From Eledone cirrhosa (lineage: Eukaryota): 64,000 nucleotides of DNA. Position 1 is the stretch's first letter, and every line of letters begins with the position of its first letter. The notes beneath the pieces were generated by a model that saw only the letters and a list, made by a program, of their open reading frames with translations, searched no databases and was not told where the DNA came from. This document shows positions 30,001-44,362 of this stretch, piece after piece. Location: assembly GCA_964016885.1 (NCBI GenBank), contig OZ024752.1, forward strand, positions 20,522,001 through 20,586,000, in the 5' to 3' direction. The position numbers and the translations under genes were made by a program.

Positions 30001-33000
30001 CTGGCCAGAATTCTCTTACCTCCTTCTCTTCAAACCAACCATATCTGGTCAGAATTCTCTCACCTCTTTCTCTTCAACCCTCCCATATATGTGCCAGAAT
30101 TCTCTCACCTCTTTCTCTTCAAACCAGCCATATCCAGCCAGAATTCTCTCACGTCTTTCTCTTCAAACCTGCCATATCAAGCCAGAATTCTCTCACCACT
30201 TTCTATTCAAACCTGCCATATCTGGCCAGAATTCTCTCACCTATTTCTCTTCAAACCATTCATATCCAGCCAGTATTCTCTCACCTCTTTCTCTTCAAAC
30301 CAGCCATATCTGGCCAGAATTCTCTCACCTCTTTCTCTTCAAACCTGCCATATCCAGCCAGAATTCTCTCACCTCTTTCTCTTAAAACCTTCCATATCTT
30401 GCCAGAATTCTCTCACCTCTTTCTCTTAAAACCTGCCATATCTGGCCAGAATTCTCTCACCTCTTTCTCTTCAAACCAGTCATATCCAGCCAGATGTCTC
30501 TCACTTCTTTCTCTTCAAACCTGCCATATTTGGCCAGAATTCTCTAGCCTCTTTCTCTTCAAACCAGTCATACCCAGCCAGAACTCTTTCAGACCTTTCT
30601 CTTCAAACCTGTCATATCTGGCCAGAATTCTCTCACCTCTTTCTCTTCAAACCATTCATACCCAGCCAGAATACTTTCACCCCTTTCTCTTCAAACCAGT
30701 CTTATCCAGCCAGAATTCTCTCACCTCTTTCTCTTCACACCTGCCATATTTGGCCAGAATTTTCTCACCTTTTTCTTTCCAAACCGCCCATATGTGGCCA
30801 GAATTCTCTCACCCCTTTCTCTTCAAACTAGTCATATCCAGCCAGAATTCTCTCACCCCTTTCTCTTCAAACCAGTCATATCTGGCCAGAATTCTCTCAC
30901 CTCTTTCTCTTCAAACCAGCCATATCCAGCCAGAATTCTCTCACGTCTTTCTCTTCAAACCTGCCATATCAAGCCAGAATTCTCTCACCACTTTCTATTC
31001 AAACCTGCCATATCTGGCCAGAATTCTCTCACCCCTTTCTCTTCAAACCATTCATATCCAGCCAGAATTCTCTCACCTCTTTCTCTTAAAACCTGCCATA
31101 TCTTGCCAGAATTCTCTCACCTCTTTCTCTTAAAACCTGCCATATCTGGCCAGAATTCTCTCACCTCTTTCTCTTCAAACCAGTCATATCCAGCCAGATT
31201 TCTCTCACCTCTTTCTCTTCAAATCAGTCATATCCAGCCTGATTTATTTCACTTCTTTCCCTTCAAACCTGTCATATCTGGCCAGAATTCTCTTACCTCC
31301 TTCTCTTCAAACCAACCATATCTGGTCAGAATTCTCTCACCTCTTTCTCTTCAACCCTCCCATATATGTGCCAGAATTCTCTCACCTCTTTCTCTTCAAA
31401 CCAGCCATATCCAGCCAGAATTCTCTCACGTCTTTCTCTTCAAACCTGCCATATCAAGCCAGAATTCTCTCACCACTTTCTATTCAAACCTGCCATATCT
31501 GGCCAGAATTCTCTCACCTATTTCTCTTCAAACCGGCCACATCCAGCCAGAATTCTCTCACCTCTTTCTCTTCAAACCAGTCATATCTGGCCAGAATTCT
31601 CTCACCTCTTTCTCTTCAAACCATTCATATCCAGCCAGAATTCTCTCACCTCTTTCTCTTAAAACCTGCCATATCTTGCCAGAATTCTCACACCTCTTTC
31701 TCTTAAAACCTGCCATATCTGGCCAGAATTCTCTCACCTCTTTCTCTTCAAACCAGTCATATCCAGCCAGATGTCTCTCACTTCTTTCTCTTCAAACCTG
31801 CCATATTTGGCCAGAATTCTCTAGCCTCTTTCTCTTCAAACCATTCAAACCCAGCCAGAACTCTTTCAGCCCTTTCTCTTCAAACCTGTCATATCTGGCC
31901 AGAATTCTCTCACCTCTTTCTCTTCAAACCAGTCATACCCAGCCAGAATACTTTCACCCCTTTCTCTTCAAACCAGTCTTATCCAGCCAGAATTCTCTCA
32001 CCTCTTTCTCTTCACACCTGCCATATTTGGCCAGAATTTTCTCACCTTTTTCTTTCCAAACCGCCCATATGTGGCCAGAATTCTCTCACCCCTTTCTCTT
32101 CAAACTAGTCATATCCAGCCAGAATTCTCTCACCCCTTTCTCTTCAAACCTGCCATATCTGACCAGATTTCTCAAACCTCTTTCTCTTCAAGCCTACCCT
32201 ATCCAGCCAGAATTCTCTCACCTCTTTCTCTTCAAACCAGCCATATCTGGCCAGAATTCTCTCACCTCTTTCTCTTCAAACTTGCCATATCTGGCCAGTA
32301 TTCTCTCACCTCTTTCTCTTCAAACCAGCCATATCTGGCCAGAATTCTCTCACCTCTTTCTCTTAAAACCCTGCCATATCCAGCCAGAATTCTCTCACCT
32401 CTTTCTCTTAAAACCTGCCATATCTTGCCAGAATTCTCTCACCTCTTTCTCTTAAAACCTGCCATATCTGGCCAGAATTCTCTCACCTCTTTCTCTTCAA
32501 ACCAGTCATATCCAGCCAGATGTCTCTCACTTCTTTCTCTTCAAACCTGCCATATTTGGCCAGAATTCTCTAGCCTCTTTCTGTTCAAACCGGCCACATC
32601 CAGCCAGAATTCTCTCACCTCTTTCTCTTCAAACCAGTCATATCTGGCCAGAATTCTCTCACCTCTTTCTCTTCAAACCAGCCATATCCAGCCAGAATTC
32701 TCTAACGTCTTTCTCTTCAAACCTGCCATATCAAGCCAGAATTCTCTCACCACTTTCTATTCAAACCTGCCATATCTGGCCAGTATTCTCTCACCTCTTT
32801 CTCTTCAAACCAGCCATATCTGGCCAGAATTCTCTCACCTCTTTCTCTTCAAACCTGCCATATCCAGCCAGAATTCTCTCACCTCTTTCTCTTAAAACCT
32901 GCCATATCTTGCCAGAATTCTCTCACCTCTTTCTCTTAAAACCTGCCATATCTGGCCAGAATTCTCTCACCTCTTTCTCTTCAAACCAGTCATATCCAGC

Positions 33001-36000
33001 CAGATGTCTCTCACTTCTTTCTCTTCAAACCTGCCATATTTGGCCAGAATTCTCTAGCCTCTTTCTCTTCAAACCAGTCATACCCAGCCAGAACTCTTTC
33101 AGACCTTTCTCTTCAAACCTGTCATATCTGGCCAGAATTCTCTCACCTCTTTCTCTTCAAACCATTCATACCCAGCCAGAATACTTTCACCCCTTTCTCT
33201 TCAAACCAGTCTTATCCAGCCAGAATTCTCTCACCTCTTTCTCTTAAAACCTGCCATATCTGGCCAGAATTCTCTCACCTCTTTCTCTTCAAACCAGTCA
33301 TATCCAGCCAGATGTCTCTCACTTCTTTCTCTTCAAACCTGCCATATTTGGCCAGAATTCTCTAGCCTCTTTCTGTTCAAACCGGCCACATCCAGCCAGA
33401 ATTCTCTCACCTCTTTCTCTTCAAACCAGCCATATCTGGCCAGAATTCTCTCACCTCTTTCTCTTCAAACTTGCCATATCTGGCCAGTATTCTCTCACCT
33501 CTTTCTCTTCAAACCAGCCATATCTGGCCAGAATTCTCTCACCTCTTTCTCTTAAAACCTGCCATATCCAGCCAGAATTCTCTCACCTCTTTCTCTTAAA
33601 ACCTGCCATATCTTGCCAGAATTCTCTCACCTCTTTCTCTTAAAACCTGCCATATCTGGCCAGAATTCTCTCACCTCTTTCTCTTCAAACCAGTCATATC
33701 CAGCCAGATGTCTCTCACTTCTTTCTCTTCAAACCTGCCATATTTGGCCAGAATTCTCTAGCCTCTTTCTGTTCAAACCGGCCACATCCAGCCAGAATTC
33801 TCTCACCTCTTTCTCTTCAAACCAGTCATATCTGGCCAGAATTCTCTCACCTCTTTCTCTTCAAACCAGCCATATCCAGCCAGAATTCTCTAACGTCTTT
33901 CTCTTCAAACCTGCCATATCAAGCCAGAATTCTCTCACCACTTTCTATTCAAACCTGCCATATCTGGCCAGTATTCTCTCACCTCTTTCTCTTCAAACCA
34001 GCCATATCTGGCCAGAATTCTCTCACCTCTTTCTCTTCAAACCTGCCATATCCAGCCAGAATTCTCTCACCTCTTTCTCTTAAAACCTGCCATATCTTGC
34101 CAGAATTCTCTCACCTCTTTCTCTTAAAACCTGCCATATCTGGCCAGAATTCTCTCACCTCTTTCTCTTCAAACCAGTCATATCCAGCCAGATGTCTCTC
34201 ACTTCTTTCTCTTCAAACCTGCCATATTTGGCCAGAATTCTCTAGCCTCTTTCTCTTCAAACCAGTCATACCCAGCCAGAACTCTTTCAGACCTTTCTCT
34301 TCAAACCTGTCATATCTGGCCAGAATTCTCTCACCCCTTTCTCTTCAAACTAGTCATATCCAGCCAGAATTCTCTCACCCCTTTCTCTTCAAACCAGTCA
34401 TATTTGGCCAGAATTCTCTCAACGCTTTCTCTTCAAACTTGCCATATCCAGCCAGAATTCTCTCACCTCTTTCTCTTCACCCCGGCCATATCTGGCCAAA
34501 ATTCTCTCATCTCTTTCTGTTCAAACCGGCCACATCCAGCCAGAATTCTCTCACCTCTTTCTCTTCAAACCAGTCATATCTGGCCAGAATTCTCTCACCT
34601 CTTTCTCTTTAAACCAGCCATATCCAGCCAGAATTCTCTCACGTCTTTCTCTTCAAACCTGCCATATCAATCCAGAATTCTCTCACCACTTTCTATTCAA
34701 ACCTGCCATATCTGGCCAGAATTCTCTCACCTCTTTCTCTTCAAACCATTCATATCCAGCCAGAATTCTCTCACCTCTTTCTCTTAAAACCTGCCATATC
34801 TTGCCAGAATTCTCTCACCTCTTTCTCTTAAAACCTGCCATATCTGGCCAGAATTCTCTCACCTCTTTCTCTTCAAACCAGTCATATCCAGCCAGATGTC
34901 TCTCACTTCTTTCTCTTCAAACCTGCCATATTTGGCCAGAATTCTCTAGCCTCTTTCTCTTCAAACCGGCCACATCCAGCCAGAATTCTCTCACCTCTTT
35001 CTCTTCAAACCAGTCATATCTGGCCAGAATTCTCTCACCTCTTTCTCTTCAAACCATTCATATCCAGCCAGAATTCTCTCACCTCTTTCTCTTAAAACCT
35101 GCCATATCTTGCCAGAATTCTCTCACCTCTTTCTCTTAAAACCTGCCATATCTGGCCAGAATTCTCTCACCTCTTTCTCTTCAAACCAGTCATATCCAGC
35201 CAGATGTCTCTCACTTCTTTCTCTTCAAACCTGCCATATTTGGCCAGAATTCTCTAGCCTCTTTCTCTTCAAACCATTCAAACCCAGCCAGAACTCTTTC
35301 AGCCCTTTCTCTTCAAACCTGTCATATCTGGCCAGAATTCTCTCACCTCTTTCTCTTCAAACCAGTCATACCCAGCCAGAATACTTTCACCCCTTTCTCT
35401 TCAAACCAGTCTTATCCAGCCAGAATTCTCTCACCTCTTTCTCTTCACACCTGCCATATTTGGCCAGAATTTTCTCACCGTTTTCTTTCCAAACCGCCCA
35501 TATGTGGCCAGAATTCTCTCACCCCTTTCTCTTCAAACCTGCCATATCTGACCAGATTTCTCTCACCTCTTTCTCTTCAAACTAGTCATATCCAGCCAGA
35601 ATTCTCTCACCCCTTTCTCTTCATACCTGCCATATCTGACCAGATTTCTCACACCTCTTTCTCTTCAAGCCTACCCAATCCAGCCAGAATTCTTTCACCT
35701 CTTTCTCTTCACACCGGCCATATCTGGCCAGAATTCTCTCACCCCTTTCTCTTCAAACCAGCCATATCTGACCAGATTTCTCTCACGTCTTTCTCTTCAA
35801 ACCTGCCCTATCCAGCCAGAATTCTCTCACCTCTTTCTCTTCACCCCGGCCATATCTGGCCAAAATTCTCTCGTCTCTTTCTGTTCAAACCGGCCACATC
35901 CAGCCAGAATTCTCTCACCTCTTTCTCTTCAAACCAGTCATATCTGGCCAGAATTCTCTCACCTCTTTCTCTTCAAACCAGTCATACCCAGCCAGAATAC

Positions 36001-39000
36001 TTTCACCCCTTTCTCTTCAAACCAGTCTTATCCAGCCAGAATTCTCTCACCTCTTTCTCTTCAAACCTGCCATATCCAGCCAGAATTCTCTCACCTCTTT
36101 CTCTTCAAACCTGCCATATCTTGCCAGAATTCTCTCACCTCTTTCTCTTCAAACCTGCCATATCCAGCCAGAATTCTCTCACCTCTTTCTCTTCAAACCT
36201 GCCATATCTGAGCAGAATTCTCTCACTTCTTTCACTTCAAACCAGCCATATCCAGCCAGAATTCTCTCACCTCTTTCTCTTCACACCGGCCATATCTGGC
36301 CAGAATTCTCTCACCCCTTTCTCTTCAAACCAGCCATATCTGACCAGATTTCTCTCACCTCTTTCTCTTCAAACCTGCCCTATCCAGCCAGAATTCTCTC
36401 ACCTCTTTCTCTTCACACCGGCCATATCTGGCCAGAATTCTCTCACCCCTTTCTCTTCAAACCAGCCATATCCAGCCAGAATTCTCTCACCTCTTTCTCT
36501 TCAAACCTGCCATATCCAGCCAGAATTCTCTCACCTCTTTCTCTTAAAACCTGCCATATCCAGCCAGAATTCTCTCACCTCTTTCTCTTAAAACCTGCCA
36601 TATCTTGCCAGAATTCTCTCACCTCTTTCTCTTAAAACCTGCCATATCTGGCCAGAATTCTCTCACCTCTTTCTCTTCAAACCAGTCATATCCAGCCAGA
36701 TGTCTCTCACTTCTTTCTCTTCAAACCTGCCATATTTGGCCAGAATTCTCTAGCCTCTTTCTGTTCAAACCGGCCACATCCAGCCAGAATTCTCTCACCT
36801 CTTTCTCTTCAAACCAGCCATATCTGGCCAGAATTCTCTCACCTCTTTCTCTTCAAACTTGCCATATCTGGCCAGAATACTCTCACCTCTTTCTCTTCAA
36901 ACCAGCCATATCTGGCCAGAATTCTCTCACCTCTTTCTCTTAAAACCTGCCATATCCAGCCAGAATTCTCTCACCTCTTTCTCTTAAAACCTGCCATATC
37001 TTGCCAGAATTCTCTCACCTCTTTCTCTTAAAACCTGCCATATCTGGCCAGAATTCTCTCACCTCTTTCTCTTCAAACCAGTCATATCCAGCCAGATGTC
37101 TTTCACTTCTTTCTCTTCAAACCTGCCATATTTGGCCAGAATTCTCTAGCCTCTTTCTGTTCAAACCGGCCACATCCAGCCAGAATTCTCTCACCTCTTT
37201 CTCTTCAAACCAGTCATATCTGGCCAGAATTCTCTCACCTCTTTCTCTTCAAACCAGCCATATCCAGCCAGAATTCTCTCACGTCTTTCTCTTCAAACCT
37301 GCCATATCCAGCCAGAATTCTCTCACCTCTTTCTCTTCAAACCTGCCATATTTGGCCAGAATTCTCTAGCCTCTTTCTCTTTAAACCAGTCATACCCAGC
37401 CAGAACTCTTTAAGCCCTTTCTCTTCAAACCTGTCATATCTGGCCAGAATTCTCTCACCTCTTTCTCTTCAAACCAGTCATACCCAGCCAGAATACTTTC
37501 ACCCCTTTCTCTTCAAACCAGTCTTATCCAGCCAGAATTCTCTCACCTCTTTCTCTTCACACCTGCCATATTTGGCCAGAATTTTCTCACCTTTTTCTTT
37601 CCAAACCGCCCATATGTGGCCAGAATTCTCTCACCCCTTTCTCTTCAAACTAGTCATATCCAGCCAGAATTCTCTCACCCCTTTCTCTTCAAACCTGCCA
37701 TATCTGACCAGATTTCTCTCACCTCTTTCTCTTCAAACCTGCCCTATCCAGCCAGAATTCTCTCACCTCTTTCTCTTCAAACCTGCCCTATCCAGCCAGA
37801 ATTCTCTCACCTCTTTCTCTTCAAACCAGTCATATCTGGCCAGAATTCTCTCACCTCTTTCTCTTCAAACCAGCCATATCCAGCCAGAATTCTCTCACAT
37901 CTTTCTCTTCAAACCTGCCATATCAAGCCAGAATTCTCTCACCACTTTCTATTCAAACCTGCCATATCTGGCCAGAATTCTCTCACCTCTTTCTCTTCAA
38001 ACCATTCATATCCAGCCAGTATTCTCTCACATCTTTCTCTTCAAACCAGCCATATCTGGCCAGAATTCTCTCACCTCTTTCTCTTCAAACTTGCCATATC
38101 TGGCCAGAATTCTCTCACCTCTTTCTCTTCAAACCTGCCATATCCGGCCAGAATTCTCTCACCTCTTTCTCTTCAAACCTGCCATATCCAGCCAGAATTC
38201 TCTCACCTCTTTCTCTTAAAACCTGCCATATCCAGCCAGAATTCTCTCACCTCTTTCTCTTAAAACCTGCCATATCTTGCCAGAATTTTCTCACCTCTTT
38301 CTCTTAAAACCTGCCATATCTGGCCAGAATTCTCTCACCTCTTTCTCTTCAAACCAGTCATATCCAGCCAGATGTCTCTCACTTCTTTCTCTTCAAACCT
38401 GCCATATTTGGCCAGAATTCTCTAGCCTCTTTCTCTTCAAACCAGTCATACCCAGCCAGAACTCTTTCAGTCCTTTCTCTTCAAACCTGTCATATCTGGC
38501 CAGAATTCTCTCACCTCTTTCTCTTCAAACCAGTCATACCCAGCCAGAATACTTTCACCCCTTTCTCTTCAAACCAGTCTTATCCAGCCAGAATTCTCTC
38601 ACCTCTTTCTCTTCAAACCTGCCATATCCAGCCAGAATTCTCTCACCTCTTTCTCTTCAAACCTGCCATATCTTGCCAGAATTCTCTCACCTCTTTCTCT
38701 TCAAACCTGCCATATCCAGCCAGAATTCTCACTCCTCTTTCTCTTCAAACCTGCCATATCCAGCCAGAATTCTCTCACCTCTTTCTCTTCAAACCTGCCA
38801 TATCTGAGCAGAATTCTCTCACTTCTTTTCACTTCAAACCAGTCATATCCATCCAGAATTCTCTCACCTCTTTCTCTTCAAACCTGCCATATCTGGCCAG
38901 AATTCTCTTACCTCTTTCTCTTCAAACCGGCCATATACAGCCAGAATTCTCTCACCTCTTTCTCTTCAAACCAGTCATACCCAGCCAGAATTCTTTCACC

Positions 39001-42000
39001 CCTTTCTCTTCAAACCTGTCATATCTGGCCAGAATTCTCTCACCTCTTTCTCTTCAAACCAGCCATATCCAGCCAGAATTCTCTCACGTCTTTCTCTTCA
39101 AACCTGCCATATCAATCCAGAATTCTCTCACCTGTCTCTATTCAAACCTGCCATATCTGGCCAGAATTCTCTCACCTCTTTCTCTTCAAACCATTCATAT
39201 GCAGCCAGTATACTCTGACCTCTTCTCTTCAAACCGGCCATATCCAACCAGAATTCTCTCAAATCTTTCTCTTCAAACCAGCCATATCTGGCCAGAATTC
39301 TCTCACCTCTTTCACTTCAAACTTGCCATATCTGGCCAGAATTCTCTCACCTCTTTCTCTTCAAACCGGCCATATCCAACCAGAATTCTCTCACATCTTT
39401 CTCTTCAAACCAGCCATATCTGGCCAGAATTCTCTCACCTCTTTTACTTCAAACTTGCCATATCCAGCCAAAATTCTCTCACCTCTTTCTATTCAAACCT
39501 GCCATATCTGGCCAGAATTCTCATACCTCTTTCTCTTCAAACCATTCATATCCAGCCAGTATTCTCTGACCTCTTCTCTTCAAACCGGCCATATCCAACC
39601 AGAATTCTCTCACATCTTTCTCTTCAAACCAGCCATATCTGGCCAGTATTCTCTAACCTCTTTCTCTTCAAATTTGCCATATCTGGCCAGATTTCTCTCA
39701 CCTCTTTCTCTTGAAATCAGTCATATCCAGCTTGATTTATTTCACTTCTTTCTCTTCAAACCTGTCATATCTGGCCAGAATTCTCTTACCTCCTTCTCTT
39801 CAAACCAACCATATCTGGTCAGAATTCTCTCACTTCTTTCTCTTCAAACCTCCCATATATGTCCCAGAATTCTCTCACCCCTTTCTCTTCAAACCAGTCT
39901 TATCCAGCCAGAATTCTCTCACCTCTTTCTCTTTAAACCGGCCATATCTGTCCAGAATTCTCTGACCTCTTTCTCTTCAAACCAGTCATACCCAGCCAGA
40001 ATTCTCTGACCTCTTCTCTTCAAACCGGCCATATCCAACCAGAATTCTCTCACATCTTTCTCTTCAAACCAGCCATATCTGGCCAGAATTCTCTCACCTC
40101 TTTCTCTTCTAACTTGCCATATCATGCCAGAATTCTCTCACCTCTTTCTCTTCAAACCTTCCATATCCAGCCAGAATTTTCTCACTCCTTTCTATTCAAA
40201 CCTGCCATATCTGGACAGAATTCTCTCACCTCTTTCTCTTCAAACCATTCATATCCAGCCAGAATTCTCTGACCTCTTCTCTTCAAACCGGCCATATCCA
40301 ACCAGAATTCTCTCACATCTTTCTCTTCAAACCAGTCATATCTGGCCAAAATTCTCTCACCTCTTTCTCTTCAAACCAGCCATATCCAGCCAGAATTCTC
40401 TCACGTCTTTCTCTTCAAACCTGCCATATCAAGCCAGAATTCTCTCACCACTTTCTAATCAAACCTGCCATATCTGGCCAGAATTCTCTCACCTCTTTCT
40501 CTTCAAACCATTCATATCCAGCCAGTATTCTCTCACATCTTTCTCTTCAAACCAGCCATATCTGGCCAGAATTCTCTCACCTCTTTCTCTTCAAACTTGC
40601 CATATCTGGCCAGAATTCTCTCACCTCTTTCTCTTCAAACCTGCCATATCCAGCCAGAATTCTCTCACCTCTTTCTCTTAAAACCTGCCATATCCAGCCA
40701 GAATTCTCTCACCTCTTTCTCTTAAAACCTGCCATATCTTGCCAGAATTTTCTCACCTCTTTCTCTTAAAACCTGCCATATCTGGCCAGAATTCTCTCAC
40801 CTCTTTCTCTTCAAACCAGTCATATCCAGCCAGATGTCTCTCACTTCTTTCTCTTCAAACCTGCCATATTTGGCCAGAATTCTCTAGCCTCTTTCTCTTC
40901 AAACCAGTCATACCCAGCCAGAACTCTTTCAGTCCTTTCTCTTCAAACCTGTCATATATATGGCCAGAATTCTCTCACCTCTTTCTCTACAAACCAATCA
41001 TACCCAGCCAGAATACTTTCACCCCTTTCTCTTCAAACCAGTCTTATCCAGCCAGAATTCTCTCACCTCTTTCTCTTCAAACCTGCCATATCCAGCCAGA
41101 ATTCTCTCACCTCTTTCTCTTCAAACCTGCCATATCTTGCCAGAATTCTCTCACCTCTTTCTCTTCAAACCTGCCATATCCAGCCAGAATTCTCACACCT
41201 CTTTCTCTTCAAACCTGCCATATCCAGCCAGAATTCTCTCACCTCTTTCTCTTCAAACCTGCCATATCTGAGCAGAATTCTCTCACTTCTTTCACTTCAA
41301 ACCAGTCATATCCATCCAGAATTCTCTCACCTTTTTCTCTTCAAACCTGCCATATCTGGCCAGAATTCTCTTACCTCTTTCTCTTCAAACCGGCCATATA
41401 CAGCCAGAATTCTCTCACCTCTTTCTCTTCAAACCAGTCATACCCAGCCAGAATTCTTTCACCCCTTTCTCTTCAAACCTGTCATATCTGGCCAGAATTC
41501 TCTCACCTCTTTCTCTTCAAACCAGCCATATCCAGCCAGAATTCTCTCATGTCTTTCTCTTCAAACCTGCCATATCAATCCAGAATTCTCTCACCTCTCT
41601 CTATTCAAACCTGCCATATCTGGCCAGAATTCTCTCACCTCTTTCTCTTCAAACCATTCATATGCAGCCAGTATACTCTGACCTCTTCTCTTCAAACCGG
41701 CCATATCCAACCAGAATTCTCTCAAATCTTTCTCTTCAAACCAGCCATATCTGGCCAGAATTCTCTCACCTCTTTCACTTCAAACTTGCCATATCTGGCC
41801 AGAATTCTCTCACCTCTTTCTCTTAAAACCTGCCATATCCAGCCATAATTATCTCACCTCTTGCTCTTCAAACCGCCCATATCTGGCCAGAATTCTCTCA
41901 CCTCTTTCTCTTCAAACCATTCATATCCAGCCAGAATTCTCTGACCTCTTCTCTTCAAACCGGCCATATCCAACCAGAATTCTCTCACATCTTTCTCTTC

Positions 42001-43958
42001 AAACCAGCCATATCTGGCCAGAATTCTCTCACCTCTTTTACTTCAAACTTGCCATATCCAGCCAAAATTCTCTCACCTCTTTCTATTCAAACCTGCCATA
42101 TCTGGCCAGAATTTTCTCACTTCTTTCTCTTCAAACCAGTCATATCCAGCCAGAATTCTCACACCTCTTTCTCTTCAAACCTGCCATATCTGGCCAGAAT
42201 TCTCATACCTCTTTCTCTTCAAACCATTCATATCCAGCCAGTATTCTCTGACCTCTTCTCTTCAAACCGGCCATATCCAACCAGAATTCTCTCACATCTT
42301 TCTCTTCAAACCAGCCATATCTGGCCAGAATTCTCTAACCTCTTTCTCTTCAAACTTGCCATATCTGGCCAGATTTCTCTCACCTCTTTCTCTTCAAATC
42401 AGTCATATCCAGCTTGATTTATTTCACTTCTTTCTCTTCAAACCTGTCATATCTGGCCAGAATTCTCTTACCTCCTTCTCTTCAAACCAACCATATCTGG
42501 TCAGAATTCTCTCACCTCTTTCTCTTCAAACCTCCCATATATGTGCCAGAATTCTCTCACCCCTTTCTCTTCAAACCAGTCTTATCCAGCCAGAATTCTC
42601 TCACCTCTTTCTCTTTAAACCGGCCATATCTGTCCAGAATTCTCTGACCTCTTTCTCTTCAAACCAGTCATACCCAGCCAGAATTCTCTGACCTCTTCTC
42701 TTCAAACCGGCCATATCCAACCAGAATTCTCTCACATTTTTCTCTTCAAACCAGCCATATCTGGCCAGAATTCTCTCACCTCTTTCTCTTCTAACTTGCC
42801 ATATCATGCCAGAATTCTCTCACCTCTTTCTCTTCAAACCTTCCATATCCAGCCAGAATTTTCTCACTTCTTTCTATTCAAACCTGCCATATCTGGACAG
42901 AATTCTCTCACCTCTTTCTCTTCAAACCATTCATATCCAGCCAGAATTCTCTGACCTCTTCTCTTCAAACCGGCCATATCCAACCAGAATTCTCTCACAT
43001 CCTTCTCTTCAAACCAGCCATATCTGGCCAGAATTCTCTCACCTCTTTCTCTTCTAACTTGCCATATCTGGCCAGAATTCTCTCACCTCTTTCTCTTCAA
43101 ACCTTCCATATCCAGCCAGAATTCTCTCACCTCTTGCTCTTCAAACCGCCCATATCTGGCCAGAATTCTCTCACCTCTTTCTCTTCAAACCTGTCATATC
43201 TGGCCAGAATTCTCTAACTTATTTCTCTGCAACCAGTCATATCTGGCCAGAATTCTCTCACCTCTTCTCTTCAAACCTGCCATATCTGGCCAGACTTCTC
43301 TCACCTGTTTCTTTTCAAACCAGTCATATCCAGCCAGAATTCTCTCACCTCTCTCTCTTCACACCGGCCATATTTGGCCAGAATTTTCTCACCTTTTTCT
43401 GTCCAAACCGCCCATATGTGGCCAGAAATCTCTCACCCCTTTCTCTTCAAACTAGTCATATTCAGCCAGAATTCTCTCACCCCTTTCTCTTCAAACCTGC
43501 CATATCTGACCAGATTTCTCTCACCTCTTTCTCTTCAAACCTGCCCTATCCAGCCAGAATTCTCTCACCTCTTTCTCTTCACACCGGCTATATCTGGCCA
43601 GAATTCTCTCACCCCTTTCTCTTCAAACCAGCTATATCTGACCAGATTTCTCTCACCTCTTTCTCTTCAAACCTGCCCTATCCAGCCAGAATTCTCTCAC
43701 CTCTTTCTCTTCACCCCGGCCATATCTGGCCAAAATTCTCTCATCTCTTTCTGTTCAAACCGGCCACATCCAGCCAGAATTCTCTCACCTCTTTCTCTTC
43801 AAACCAGTCATATCCGGTCTGAATTCTGTCACCTCTTTCTCTTCAAACTGGCCATATCCAGCCAGAATTCTCTCACCTCTTTCTCTTCAAACTGGCCATA
43901 TCCAGCCAGAATTCTCTCACCTCTTTCTCTTCAAACCAGTCATATCCAGCCAGAATTT
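1..43958. repeat. 44-bp satellite DNA array (~1000 monomers, runs off the left edge of the window)
   Basis: Continuous tandem monomer, consensus ~CCAGAATTCTCTCACCTCTTTCTCTTCAAACCTGCCATATCTGG, with an EcoRI site and the palindrome TCTGGCCAGA. Occasional 43-bp variants. Pyrimidine-rich + strand. Confidence 0.99.
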
Positions 43959-43962
43959 TTAA

Positions 43963-44362
43963 CCCTTTAGCATTTACATTATTTCATATTGAGGGCGGTG
44001 GATTGGTAGTATCGGTAGAGAGTCGGGCGCCATGCTTTACGGTCTCAGTTCAAATCCCGCCAAGGTTCACTTTGCCTTTCATCCTTACGGGGTCGATAAA
44101 ATAAATTACCAGTAATGTACTGGGTAATTGCTGGCCTTGTGCCTAAAGTAGAAACAATTATTTCATATTTACTATTATATTTACACAGTAAAGGCTTTAC
44201 CTCACATAATTATCTCACATAAAATTGAATCTACAAGATTTCGATGTTATTTATTTTGAGAACAATACCTTAATGTAGGTGTGAGCAGCCAGTTACAGCC
44301 AGTTTGAACGGAAAGAAGTGAGAGCGTTCTGGCCGGATATTGCCAGTTTGAATGCTAAAGGG
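43963..44362. mobile_element. piggyBac-like non-autonomous element (MITE), copy 1, carrying a SINE insertion
   Basis: TTAA at 43959-43962 and 44363-44366; TIRs CCCTTTAGCATT / AATGCTAAAGGG. After removing the SINE, the body aligns with the copy at 51718-51934. Confidence 0.9.
43991..44156 (+). mobile_element. tRNA-derived SINE (Meta-domain-like) inserted in MITE copy 1
   Basis: 13-bp target-site duplication ATTATTTCATATT at 43978-43990 and 44157-44169. A-box/B-box-like head (GTTCAAATCCC). Central GCCTTTCATCCTTACGGGGTCGATAAAAT motif resembles the MetaSINE core. Confidence 0.85.

Noticed and set aside
1-43958. CRISPR-like periodicity with a palindromic repeat
   Set aside because: There are no unique spacers and no cas genes, and the context is eukaryotic (spliceosomal introns, SINEs, LINEs).
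113-43970. Dozens of long ORFs (up to 748 aa) with repeating ARILSPLSLQTCHIWPEFSHLFLFKPAISGQNSLTSFSSN
   Set aside because: A 44-bp monomer with no + strand stop cycles through all three frames every 132 bp. The ORFs overlap in several frames and are broken at random by indels and stops, so they are satellite artefacts.
43991-44070. Possible tRNA gene (also at 48530 and 51480)
   Set aside because: Only degenerate A/B boxes are present, followed by SINE core sequence; no complete cloverleaf, and the first copy has a TSD.
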